Source: Mustelus asterias
Taxonomy: Eukaryota
Direction of reading: 5' to 3'
DNA: 64,000 nucleotides
Assembly: GCF_964213995.1 (NCBI RefSeq)
Contig: NC_135821.1
Coordinates: 46,128,001 to 46,192,000 of the forward strand
The position numbers and the translations under genes are program-made. The notes beneath the pieces were generated by a model. That model ran no database searches. It saw only the letters and a program-made list of their open reading frames with translations, and was not told where the DNA came from. Shown here piece after piece: positions 12,201-24,403 of this stretch (position 1 is the first letter of the stretch; every line of letters begins with the position of its first letter).

Positions 12201-14745
12201 TTTTAGTGCTTCTATCACCATTGCAAGTTTCTACTGATGGTATCCATTTGTCAATCTTTGAGGATGCTCTTAAAATTCAACCATTTTAATCAGTGCAGAG
12301 ACACTGATAGACCCATCTTGAAATTTCTTAAACATTAAAAACTTATTTCATTTCAATGACTGACTGGTCCACACCAATGGCACTAGTAAATGGTTGTGTG
12401 TATTTTTTTTAACTCATTTCCAACTATGTAAAATTAGGTGGTGGACAGGACACTCTGATTGAACTGTTAGTTTTTTGTGGTAGACGCTGTATTAATAAAA
12501 CTGCGCTAAGTTACCATTACTGCACACATTAATATTTTTAATGTAAAAACAATTATGCTTTAGAATGCTGCCCAAGTGCACCTGTTCATACAAGACTTTG
12601 CATTCAGTGATGTGCAAAGAAATTTGACCAGACGCTAGAGCAATCAGTCGCTTCTGAAAACTAGTTTGCATCTGAATCATCAAATGTGTCCAAAACAGCA
12701 ACTCTATGCCAAAGGACTATCTGCATCCATTTTATGTTTTTCCTCTTCAAAACAAACTCATTTTTATATTGAGAGTGTGAAGAAAGCAGGCTCATTATCC
12801 TGCGATTGAAGGCATTTGGTAAGCCAAAATGCGCATTACCTTCATGGGAGCTGATGAGAACAAAATTAAATTTCAAATTCTGTACCATAGGCAGGTGGTC
12901 TATGCACTCTGGAGAGATGAGAAGAACATGATCATGCAGACTGTTAAAGATGCTTGCAAAGACCATGTGAAAATACGTAGGGGGCGATTTAACCAAAAAA
13001 ATTCTAAGTACCGAATGAGCATGAAACCGTAAGAGTTTCAGACCCAATTTCTTGGTGAGAGAGAAAATCAAATCTTATGACAGTTAAAAAACAAAATGAG
13101 GCAAAGTGTGATTCTTGCCAGCAGGGGAGTGTTCTTTTAGTTATTTTCAAGTGTGTAAAATTAGATGGTGGACAGGACACTGATTGAATTTTTTTTTTGT
13201 GGTAGACCCATTTTCAGCTATATTAATAAAACTGTACTATGTCATCTTTCCTACGCATCTAAATAATATTTTCTCACCGGGAAGCTGACAGCTAACTGCT
13301 AGAGGACACAATTGCGCATGCACCCTGATCTCCCACTGCACTATGTACAAGAATAGACAGTGCGCTGGGAAATCTTCACATCCCACCCTCTCCGGACATT
13401 GCTTCCCCCAACCCTCCAATTGCGTTCTCTCCTGCCCCGGCCGATCACTACTGCCCCCCACCCCCATTGACTGGCATGATGAGCTGGTAAGATTGCCCCC
13501 GTATGGGAAGCATATTTCAAGGAGACTTCATTCTACAATCTGTTTCATTGATGCTATTACAAAGCTGTGACGTACGTTCTGTCAAATAAATTGTTTTGTG
13601 CTCATCACTAACTTGCCTCTTGCGCTGTCAGTGAAAAGTCAGACACCATTTCCAGTTTCAATATCTTTGATTGCCGTGCTGTCAATCACCCCAAGTGAAA
13701 ATGATCGAACTGCCATACTTTCGCGAAAGTTATTTCGGAGAAATCTGAACAAATCAATGCCCCAGTAATTTGGAACGAAAATCACTGAAGTGGACTTCGA
13801 AATACCAATCTGTTCCCAAGAGAGGGAAAGGACAAGCGAGTAAGAAGACAAACCAGCAGAAAGGAATTGAACAGAGATAATCAGAAAGCTACAAATGCGC
13901 TCAGTTCTCATAGAAATCCATCCCCTCCTCAGCAAAAGACTGACAGTAAGAAAGATCTACACCTCTGCGATGGTTAGGGATCTGACATTTATGAATGACA
14001 AGTGATGAGAGGCTCCAGTTGATTCATTCAAAGCTGACTGAGGGAACGTCATGTTTTTTCAATGCCAATGTGAGACACAGCTGAATCTTCCAGAACGGCT
14101 ACTCACCTTGTGATAGTGAAAAGCCCTTTTCATCTTCATTATTCTCGTTCACTTCCTGCACATTTTCAATTTTTTTAAGTAGATAATGCCTCAAAATATA
14201 TGCTAACGTCCTTCATTTTATCACGGTGTGACAGAATCATTGACCTCCATCAGGTGAACAGATGAGAGGAGACGACCATGTGTTATTTAAAAAATAAGCC
14301 ACAAATCTATGGCAATAGTTTCTTCTGCTATTGCATGGCTGTCTCGGGCGAGCCTCATTAATCTATCCTATTTCTTCCTCCACCTCCTGTCTTTCAGAGA
14401 CAAAGTTCAAAGGCTTGAGGACCATTCACACACTTTTTACTCTTCATGTTTGATGATATTTGTCTCCATCACCAGTCTACAATCTTCGATGACTGCTCAG
14501 TTGATATCAAGTACTTGATCAAAATGTTCTTCTTCGATTCCACACCAGCAATCTTGAAACCATCCTATACAGCTTTTCACAAAATCTCAGCATCACACTC
14601 CCCGACTCCAGTCCTGTTCGCGGCTGCCGGCTCAAACTAAACCTGAAAGTGCAAAAACTCAATGATCTACTTGGCTCTGATCTGAGCTTCATTCCTCACA
14701 TTCTGTCTCCAAGACCATTTATTTCCACTTTTGCAACATCACCTA

Positions 14746-14956
14746 TGTTGCATATTTAAAAAGGGTTGCACGCTTTACGCGCTGATCACATGATTTGATG
14801 GTGATGTCGTTCGGGTGCGTGCTCGGGCTGCTGTTTTACTTTCAGTTCTGTACTTGATGCAGAGCGAGAGCAGCTCCTCAATAAAACCTGCTGTGCGTTT
14901 GTTTGAATCTACATGTGCAAACCAGGTATTTTCTTTTTCCATTAAAACCCACAACC
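14746..14956 (+). mobile_element. Possible short solo LTR
   Basis: tgttg..caac ends, AATAAA near 14880, CpG-rich relative to flanks, ccta/ctta flanks. Appears to interrupt an L2-like remnant. Confidence 0.35.
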
Positions 14957-16584
14957 CTTAACATATTTAGGACATTACAACCTGCTTCCACTCTCTACTT
15001 TACATCAGTTGGCACTGATCCAAACCGTCACTTTATTACCCTTGTATTTTCTTTGCCAGTCTTTGGAGCTCCATGCTTCATAAATTGCAACTCATTCAAA
15101 ACTGCACTACTTTAATCTTGAGCCTTTCAACCAGCTTCACCCTGTGCTTGTCAATTTCTCTTGGCTTCTTCCCCAAGTTTAAAAATCCATGATCTCAGTT
15201 ACAGGTCACTCGATGGGGTTGTTCTTCGACATCTCACCATCTCCTTCTTGTCCGTAGTTCGGCCCATGCCTAATGATTTCGAACTCCTGCCTCTTTTGCA
15301 CCTCCCTCTCCTTCCATTCAAACTTTGGCAATAGATCTATCTGCTGGAATTTTACCCTTTCGACCACCCAAGGCTCGTAAAATTCCACCCGAGACTCGTA
15401 GAATTCCACCGGAGAATGCCATTCTACGAGCCTCGCTCACCCCGACTCTGGGGTGGGCGAGGCAGTAAAATTCCGGCCTTCACCTCTTTCTGTGATAGAC
15501 GCTGGATCATTCACTCTAAATCCCTCTGGCTGCTTATCTCTCTCTCATCTCCTTCAACTGCCTTCTCAAAGCTAGTTATTCGTTTCTAATGTTGCCACCT
15601 CTCTGTCCTTTATCTCAGCAAATGTTCTCTTATCCATCTTTTCATATGTTTGTATGTTCTGCCAAAGCTGCCCAAGTCCATCTTTTCTTTCCACGTTGGC
15701 GAAGTACTTTGAGCTTTTTGATGCATTAAGGGTAAATTAAGGAAGACTTGCACTCTTTAGCAAATTTCCCAAGCCCAGGACTGTAATGAAGTACTTTTGA
15801 AGTGCTGTCACTGTTGTAAAAGAGCCAGAATTTGTTTTCCTTGTCATAGTGAATTTAAAAAATGACTTGCTGAGATAAAACAAGTGAGTTATACTCCAAC
15901 ATTGCCAAGCTCAGATGCCAGGTAATCGTTTAGCCTGACATTCTGTACTGACAGTATTCTTGACAAAGTTGTCTCCTGAATTTTTTTCAATTACTCCCCC
16001 ACACTCTGTGTTGTATGATAATTAAAATAGACTGAATATTTTGACTTCGGAGCACAGACCATGATAAAAATGTTCATTATTCAGTGGTCTTTCATCTGCA
16101 TCATTTATTCAGGATTGGTCGGCTTTGCTTATTTCCTTCAATATGATTTATGCGTGAGCTATTAGGGGTTGCATTAAATTAACTTATACAATTTTTGTCA
16201 AATTAAAATAAATCATATAAATTATCGAGAATGAGAGTTCTTTGGGAAAATCACTATTCCAGCATTGTCACATGACAAACCTGTAAATGCTTCAGTAGTT
16301 TGATTTAAGGCTTATTATCCACAATCAGGCAACTATAGTGAAGATGTAGCAGAAACTCAGAAGATTAAAATTCGCCTGATGCAATATGACAAAAGAAAGC
16401 CTAGGAATTCACAATCAACCCGACATGTGTTCAAACATTCATAAGATGAGACAGAGCCATCCTCTAGTTTGGAAGCAATTGTAATCCAACATCTCTGCAT
16501 TGCTTGAAGAGGTAATAGAAGGGCTGGCCCACATTCCAATGCATTTACACACCAAGTCAAAATGCTCGATGGCACCAAAGTTTT

Positions 16585-17100
16585 AAAGTTTATTTATTCG
16601 TGTCACAAGTAGGCTTACATTGACACTGCAATGAAGTCACTGTGAAAATGCCCTAGTCGTCACACTCCGGCGCCATTTGATTTGCTTTATTATTGTCACA
16701 TGTATTAACATACAGTGAAAAGTATTGTTTCTTGCACGCTATACAGACAAAACATACCGTTCACAGAGAAGGAAACGAGAGAGTGCAGAATGTAGTGTTA
16801 CAGTCATAGCTAGGGTATAGAGAAAGATCAACTTAAAAGAGTTAGAATGAAATTTTAGAAGCATAGAACGAGAGTAAAAGATAGAATTAGAAGGTATGCT
16901 GGGCACAGCTTGCAAGAAGTCGCCTCGCTCCAACGCCATCTTGGAAGGGAGAATTCAGCATGGCCAATGCACCGTACCAGTCCACCTTTCGGACTGTTGG
17001 AGGAAGTCAGAGCACCTGGAGGAAACCCACGCAGACATGGGGACAACGTGCAGACTCCACACAGACAGTGACCCAAGCCAAGAATCGAATCTGGGTAAAG
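16585..17100 (-). mobile_element. V-type SINE (alternative 'B' tail) interrupted by another retroposon tail (~16675-16915)
   Basis: SINE core at 16945-17095. The tail gtcacaagtaggcttacattgacactgcaatgaagt matches the B tails at 20340-20410 and 29965-30060. Confidence 0.7.
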
Positions 17101-17321
17101 ATAGGACACTGTTGAAACCCATTTCATTGTTTGCACCCTCTTTGTGTGTTGAATAACTATGGACACACCAGAACTTGGCTAACTAGAAGAAAGAGCCACC
17201 CTCAGGCATTTTGGCCTCTGTTTGCTAAAGTTCGTTGAAAAAAAATTGGTGTGAGTATGAAGTGAGAAATTTGTGCCAAACCCATCCACCTAACACTATA
17301 CCACATGAAAATACTCAAAGT

Positions 17322-17636
17322 CACGGTGACACAGTGGTTAGCACAGCTGCCTCACAGCGCTGGGGCCCGGGTTCAATTCCAGCCTCAGGTCACTCTCTGA
17401 GTGGAGTTTGTACGTTCTCCCCGTGTCTGCGTGGGTTTCCTCCGGGCGCTCTTGGTTCCTCCCACAGTCCACAGATGTGCAGATTAGATTGATTGGCCAT
17501 GCTAAATTGACCCTAGTGTCAGGGGGTTAGCAGGGTAATTAAGTGGGATAATGGGAATAGGGCGTGGGTGGGATTGTGGTCAGTGCAGACTCAATGGGCT
17601 GATTGGCCTCCTTCTGCACTGTAGGGATTCTATGAT
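17322..17636 (+). mobile_element. HE1/V-SINE-type SINE
   Basis: Same head, core and tail as the other copies. Confidence 0.85.
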
Positions 17637-20109
17637 TAAAGACAAGTTAGATGCACAGACTTGCCTGGCTAGGAGTTCATTTTTTCAGGAAAATACTGTT
17701 CACACAATGAATATTTATTGGAAGTATTTATGTGTATAGGACTATTTTAGAATGGCTTATGTTTTGTTGCAAAAATGTAAGAAAATCCCTCGAGCTAATT
17801 GCCTGGTATTTGGATGGTTATCATTTCACTCTGCTGATTCAGTGGGAAGCTGCCCAGATCTGTGGCTTCCAGATTTCTCCTGACTAAGTATTCGGGATCA
17901 ATTGCTTACGTAGGATTAGATCCAGAAATTTGACTGTCTCCAAAATAAAAACACCAAAATTTACCCTGAATGTGAAAAATTATGAGAGAGTGCATTCCCT
18001 TTGCAGATAGTATTGGATTACATTTTTAAAAAATTCATTCGTAGGACATGGGCGTTGCTGGCTGGCCAGCATTTATTGTCGATAAGAAGACTCTTCAACA
18101 AAAAAAATATATTTGAGGGAAATTATCCATGTCCAGTTAGATTTTGCCCTTGTTTCAGAGCAATATAAATATATTGCATCATGGCTATATTAATGATGAA
18201 GAGTGTTTATTAATCTAGGTGGTGAAAATGTTATTGTTATTCTACAGTGACGCTACTATGCCTTTAAGAAGTGTATCTTCAATCATGTTCTCTGCAGTTT
18301 GTGAGCAAACCTTTTTTGTTACTGGCACCATGAGGTCTGCAGTGGCATCTTTTATTGTCGTTAGAGTCATATAATAGGCTTTTCATTTATTCTTAATCAG
18401 GGCCTAATGCAATATCCTGGAGTTTTCCAAGTTTTACGAACCTTTTGAATTGTTGGCGGGAAGAATGATTGACAGGTCAGGTGGGAAGAGTTCTTTCCTT
18501 TCAGTTTTGGTTGCTGGCTAGTTGGAAGATGTTTGAACTCCAGGCTGGCTGTGGTGTGTTTGTCTCTATCCCTGGTATTAGAAATTCTGCTGGCAAGTTG
18601 GAAGCAGTCTTTCTTACTTTTCTGAAGTGAAAATTTTGCTGCTGGTGCATTGTTAGCGAGAGGCAAGCAGTGGCTCTATCTCTACCATGAGGTGCTGGGA
18701 GCTACAGGGCTGGGAAATCAGAGTTTCTATTCTGTACCCAAAGGACTAACTCACAGCAGGTGTTGCAGAGCTGGAAAATCCAGCATTCTTATTTTCTGTG
18801 TTAAACCTGGGACAGGTGTATGTTTGTAACAGTGTTTGTTTGGAACCGTACATTGAGCTGTTAAGGTCTATGCAATATCAGGAATTTATTCCTTGTTTGT
18901 AATTGGTAGAAGTTATTGCTTATTGTCTTATCATATGTTAACTATATTCCGAAATAAATTTTGTTTGATAAAAGTTCCCTAGTGGATCATTTGAATTATA
19001 CCTGGACTGAAACATCTGATGCTTAACAATGCCAAAATTCAAAGTGCAAAACTTATGATCTAGGCTGGCTCCATAAAACCTCTTGGAATTTCTGACCTGG
19101 ATTATAATGCTACCCCAATACCTGCATTTCTAAAATGATGGCATTGCTTACGGCTGCATATTTTGATCAAGTTAAAAAAAATAAATGGACAGATTTTTAC
19201 GGCCTCACTCGAGCAAATCCAGAAATTCCCACCGGAGGTCAACGGATGTTTCCATTGTCCAGCCCTCGCCCGCTCCAATTCCGTGGCAGGCAGTGTTGTA
19301 GAACTCCGGCGCATAACTCAGCAGGTGGGAAGTGATGATCACTTTTTCTCTTTCATCTCCCAACCTCCATTGTTTATTTTTCACTGATATACTGCTCTAG
19401 TCAATCTCGAGCAACTTGTTATCGATCTCACTGTAACACTGCCTGACTCCTAGCTTACCTCAATGGAGCATTGTGTTGCTATATAGAGATTTTTCTCTCG
19501 GCAAAACACCGATAACAGCTTTGGACGAGTCAATCGTGACACTTTATTTTTTAAACCCGAGAATTGATATAAGCACCAATTGGGTTTAACATTCACAAAG
19601 TGTTATTGTCTTGTCTTCCCTCAAGCTGCTCCTACACCTTTCTCTCTGTTGCTTCGCCCACCCAAGGATCCGACCTTGACTCCCTCCTATTTCCCCTTTA
19701 CTTACTGCCCCTTGTCACATACAGTGTTCCTTTTGCATGTATGCTGACAACACGCTGTTTTGCCTCACCACCATCTTTCTGCACTCCTCTACTTATGTGA
19801 AACTGAAATGATCAGACTGCAAATCTGACATCCAGTACTGCGTGAGTATTAAATTTCCTCCAATTAGATGTAGAGAAGATGAAGCCATTGGGCGGTATTT
19901 TGTGTCAATGGACATCCGGCTGGGCCACCACGTCGTCTGTGGCAGGTCCCACCACGGCAGAGCCAGAAAATCCCCACCAATATCTTCGCCCATGGCTGCA
20001 AACTCAATTCCCTTGCAACCTTCTCCATCACTTCCCTGGCAACCATCTGAGATTCAATCAGATTTCACAATTTGCTGAGATGAAGTTCCGATAACACATC
20101 CTCGCCAAG

Positions 20110-20410
20110 GGGGTGGCATGGTGGCACAGTGGTTACCAATGCTGCCTCACAGCACCAGGGACCCAGGTTCAATTCCCGGCTTCGGTTACTGTCTGTGCAG
20201 AGTTTGCACGCTCCCCGTGTCTGCACAGGTTTCCTCCAGCTGCTCCGGTTTCCTCCCACAGTCCGAAATATGTGCCAGTTGGGTGCATTGGCCATGCTAA
20301 ATTCTCCCTTATTGTACCCGAACAGCCAAAGTGTGGTGACTGGGGGATTTTCACAGTAACTTTATTGCAGTGTTAATGTAAGTCTACTTGTGACGAATAA
20401 TAAACTTAAC
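20110..20410 (+). mobile_element. V-type SINE with B tail
   Basis: tRNA-like head and V core, then cacagtaactttattgcagtgttaatgtaag..aataaact. Confidence 0.8.
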
Positions 20411-20790
20411 TTATCATTAAGACGACCTATTTCTGCCTCTGTAACATCGCTCTACATTTGCTCATCTCAGCTCATCTCCTGCTGGAATCCTCTTTCATGC
20501 CTTTGTTACCTTTAGATCTGACTGTCCCAATGCACTCCTGACTAGTCTGCCCCTTGTAAACTTGAGGCCATCTAAAGTGCTGCCACCCGTGTTTTCACTC
20601 GCTCCAAGCCCTATTCACCTATTGCTCCTGTTCTCATTCACCTACAGTGGCTCCGTCATGCCTGACCATGGTTTTAAAATTCTTATCCTTGTTTTCAATC
20701 CCCGTGTGGCTTCATCCACTGCATCCCCACAAAAAATAAACTCTGTCACAATAACTTCTACAACCTTGAACTCTCAAAGATATCTTCACT

Positions 20791-21130
20791 CATAGAAATC
20801 ATAGAAACCCTACAGTGCGGAAGGAGGCCATTCGGCCCATCGAGTCTGCACCGACCACAATCCCACCCAGGCCCTACCCCCACATATTTACCCACTAATC
20901 CCTCTAACCTACGCATCCCAGGACTCTAAGGGGCAATTTCTAACCTGGCCAATCAACCTAACCCACACATCTTTGGACTGTGGGAGGAAACCGGAGCACC
21001 CGGAGGAAACCCACGCAGACACGAGGAGAATGTGCAAACTCCACACAGGCAGTGACCCGAGCCGGGAATCGAACCTGCGACCCTGGAGCTGTGAAGCAGC
21101 AATGCTAACCACTGTGCTACCGTGCCGCCC
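20791..21130 (-). mobile_element. Young HE1/V-SINE copy
   Basis: Complete element with (atttctatg)n tail. Highly similar to the copy at 51300-51640. Confidence 0.9.
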
Positions 21131-21197
21131 ATCTAATCCTGGTCTTTATATTCTTGCTCAGGATGTGAGCTTTGCCAGCAAGGCCAGCATTTGTTGC

Positions 21198-21709
21198 TGA
21201 GAGATTCTATGTACGCTTAGTCCTGCTTGCTTCAGTCTATGCAAAGACTTCAGCCTATGCAAAGACTTCATTTTAAGATATTCCTGCCAATGCAATTGCA
21301 TTTAAATGCTAGACTGTAGGTGTTAACTAATGCTGACTTGACTACATTTTAAAACTCAGAAGGCATGCTGGGTTAGCTACAAATTGACTGCATTCTTGAA
21401 GGGTACACAGCAGGCAAACAACCGCAGCTGCAAGGACTTGTTTCTCTCGACAGAGACAGCTTGCAGAAAACATTTCCAATAACGGGAGAGGGTTGAGATA
21501 TGTTGTGGATTTTGTGTGTTTGTGCAGTTTGTTTTCGAGAACAGTGTGTTCAAGTCTCAGCATAGGGGCTGGCAGTAAAAGCCAGTCCCAAGTTTGCTTT
21601 TTCTTTTTGCTTTTGTCATGTTAATTTCTGTTCAATAAAAGAAATTCATTTTAAAACTCAGTGCCAGTGCTGCCTCCTCGTCTGTTCAAAAGAATGAATG
21701 GACCCAACA
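21198..21709 (+). mobile_element. Solo LTR, 512 bp
   Basis: Starts TG and ends CA. Exact 5-bp TSD GTTGC at 21193-21197 and 21710-21714. AATAAA near 21634. Interrupts a recognisable LINE/SINE tail that resumes after it. Confidence 0.75.
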
Positions 21710-22059
21710 GTTGCTCTTCCCTAATTGCCCTTGAGAAGGTGGTGGTGAATTATCCCAATTTAATGGCTCCACCATTGCTATTGTCCCTTTAGCTCGCTAA
21801 GCCCTCAGCTTTGAAATGCCCTCCTTCAATCTCTCTCACTCTCTCCCTCACTTTTCTCCTTTCAGACCCTCTTTGAAACGTATCTCTTCAGTTACGTTTT
21901 TGGCCTTATGTGGCTCAATGTCTCATGTTGTTTAATAACGCTCCAGTGAATCACCTTGGGGTATGTTTAACATGACAGATGTTGTATAAATATAAATTGT
22001 TGTTCTGAAGTGCACAGTATATGGTTGCGAATGACTCATTCAAACATTCTTTCTTTCAG

Positions 22060-22134
22060 TTAAAAAGTTGATTGAACTGAAGTCCCGAGGAGTAAAGTTA
22101 CTTCCCAGCAAAGACAACCAGAAACCCTCAGTTT
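22060..22134 (+). CDS. CSMD2: CSMD2-like internal exon (linker after a CUB domain), 75 bp, phase 1 to 1
   Basis: ttctttctttcag| acceptor and |gtaagt donor. Encodes (V)KKLIELKSRGVKLLPSKDNQKPSV(L), resembling the CSMD-family IELKSRGVK linker as recalled. Splices in frame to the 33554 exon. Confidence 0.88.
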
Positions 22135-22237
22135 GTAAGTCGATCCGCTTTCTGTCTTCCAGTCTGAACTTTGACCTGAAAAGGAATCTAAGCTTTGTGG
22201 AGATTTTGTTTCACCAGATACACTTTCTTTTTTTAAC

Positions 22238-22410
22238 GGGAGAGAATAGAGCCAGCGTTTCGAATCGAGGTGACTCTTCGTCAAGTTCTGACGAAGGGTC
22301 ATCTAGGCGCGAAACGTCAGCTCTATTCTCTTCCCCACCAGATGCTGTCAGACCTGCTGAGATTTTCCAGCATTTTCTGTTTTTGTTTCACATTCCAGCA
22401 TCCGCTTATT
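22238..22410 (+). mobile_element. Penelope-type terminal repeat fragment with inverted arm
   Basis: Imperfect palindrome 22238-22336, followed by the gatgctgtcagacctgctgagattttccagc tail that also ends the Penelope element near 43860. Confidence 0.7.
22284..22322 (+). ncRNA. Minimal type I hammerhead ribozyme-like motif
   Basis: AGUU-CUGACGA-A-GGGUC-AUCUA-GGCGC-GAA-ACGU-C-AGCU. Stem II has one mismatch and stem III is the palindrome ACGU. Confidence 0.55.
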
Positions 22411-23230
22411 TCTTTCTTCCATGCTTTTCTAACTTTTTCTTTTGCTCCCCCCAATCCACTTTTGTAAGATTATTGTTTTCAATCCAAAAAATTGACAGGT
22501 TGATGCACCACCAACTCCTCCCCACTCATATCTGGACTCTGCTTTCCCCTTTGAACCCGGGTCTCTGGCGCTATGAGGCAGCAGTGCTAACCACAGTGCC
22601 ACCGTGCCACCCAATCATGGACCACACTTAGCAATTTGATTGTTTCAGTCTATATGAAGATTAAAGTCCCTCACAGCTAATACATTGGCTTTATTATAAG
22701 CTCCAATAATTTCTTGTTTCATGTTCTGACCAACTTTGATCTTTGATGCTTTGAACCTGTGATCCACTGTCTAATTATCATAGTTCGATTTAAAGTAATT
22801 TTCTGGATGTATCTATTTGTGCAACTTAAATTAAGTTGCACAAACTTGTGCTAATTATTTTGTATACATAATTCTGTAAGATGATCTCTCAGTCACTTTC
22901 TTTAAAGCATTAAAAGTCCAAGCATTTCCAGTTTTTTTACTTATAATGAAGGCCTTTGATTCTGGGAGTCTGCATTTTGCCTTTTCTCTGAACTGAATCC
23001 AGGCCCTGAAAGTCTCCCTTGTGTCTCGGTGACGAGAACTGAACACACTTTGCAAGGCGTGAATTGATACACATCTGAGCACAAATTCTTCTGATGTAGA
23101 CTGTCCTTTACATTTAGGATTTTAGAAGTAAAGACAGAAGTAGTACATCTGTACAAAACATGGATTGGGCCATAGTTTGAGTTTAGTGCGAAGATTTGGA
23201 CACTCCTCTAAAGGAAGGACATTCAGCCCT

Positions 23231-24012
23231 TAGACCATAAGACATAGGAGCGGAAGTAAGGCCATTCGGCCCATCGAGTCCACTCCACCATTCAATCATG
23301 GTTGATTTCAACTCCATTTACCCACTCTCTCCCCATAGCCCTTAATTCATCGAGAAATCAAGAATTTATCAATTTCTGTCTTGAAGACGCTCAACGTCTC
23401 GGCCTCCACAGCCCTCTGTGGCAATGAATTCCACAGACCCACCACTCTCTGGCTGAAGACATTTCTCCTCATCTCTGTTCTAAAGTGACTCCCTTTTATT
23501 CTAAGGCTGTGCCCCCGCGTCCTAGTCTCCCCTGTTAATGGAAACAACTTCCCTACGTCCATCCTATCTAAGCCGTTCATTATCTTGGAAGTTTCTATCA
23601 GATCTCCCCTCAACCTCCTAAACTCCAATGAATATAATCCCACGATCCTCAGACGTTCATCGTATGTCAGGCCTACCATTCCTGGGATCATCCGTGTGAA
23701 TCTCCGCTGGACCCGCTCCAGTGCCAGTATGTCCTTCCTGAGGTGTGGGGCCCAAAATTGCTCACAGTACTCCAAATGGGGCCTAACCAGTGCTTTATAA
23801 AGCCTCAGAAGTACATCCCTGCTTTTGTATTCCAAGCCTCTTGAGATAAATGACAACATTACATTTGCTTTCTTAATTACGGACTCAACCTGCAAGTTTA
23901 CCTTTAGAGAATCCTGGACTAGGACTCCCAAGTCCCTTTGCACTTTAGCATTATGAATTTTGTCACCGTTTAGAAAATAGTCCATGCCTCTATTCTTTTT
24001 TCCAAAGTGCAT
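23231..24012 (-). mobile_element. Young 5'-truncated CR1 LINE
   Basis: Uninterrupted 221-aa ORF2 C-terminus (LYKALVRPHLEYCEQFW..RTRGHSL) plus 3' UTR. Confidence 0.95.
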
Positions 24013-24403
24013 TTAGTGTAGATTCCAATGATTATGGCAATTATGGAAAAGTGCTGTTGTGAACAGAATCTTTACTTTCTAACTTTGAGTGGAATTTAAT
24101 CCGGGCGAAGAGATCCAGCCCTGCATCGCAGTTGAAGGAGAAGGTATGAATCACCAATTAGGCATTTTAGTAGCCACCATTCAGCCTTTCCCCAAAGAAA
24201 GGAACTCCCCTCTTAAGAGATGCCACCCACTGTGTACTACAACTTTGTTTTCTTCTGTGTCAGTGAAAAGAGTTTGTTCAGGTAATCTGTTGAGTAGCAT
24301 CACAAATTTTCCTGTTATTTATGCCAAACTTGATCCCACCATTATTCTTATTTTATTGATTTCCCTCAGTAATTACCTGTCTTTCCTACAAACTCTTTAT
24401 CTG

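Larger units (their letters stand above)
19620..22003 (+). mobile_element. Fragmented old L2-clade LINE, interrupted by SINEs, a MITE-like piece and an LTR
   Basis: cccaaggatcc..ctcctattt (PQGS..PLLF) and tatgctgacaac (YADD-like) at 19660-19755. Tail gtataaatataaattgttgtt at ~21985. Confidence 0.55.

Noticed and set aside
12661-13071. 136-aa minus-strand ORF
   Set aside because: No recognisable domain and no splice or codon support.
18229-19110. Possible ~880-bp solo LTR
   Set aside because: LTR-like composition and AATAAA, but no convincing CA end or TSD.
1-22059. Preceding CSMD2 exon (expected ..KNWLRLHFTSD..)
   Set aside because: Not found by eye. It probably lies upstream of the window.
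22068-22631. 187-aa ORF as a gene
   Set aside because: Only the first ~22 codons belong to the exon. The rest reads through the donor into repeats.
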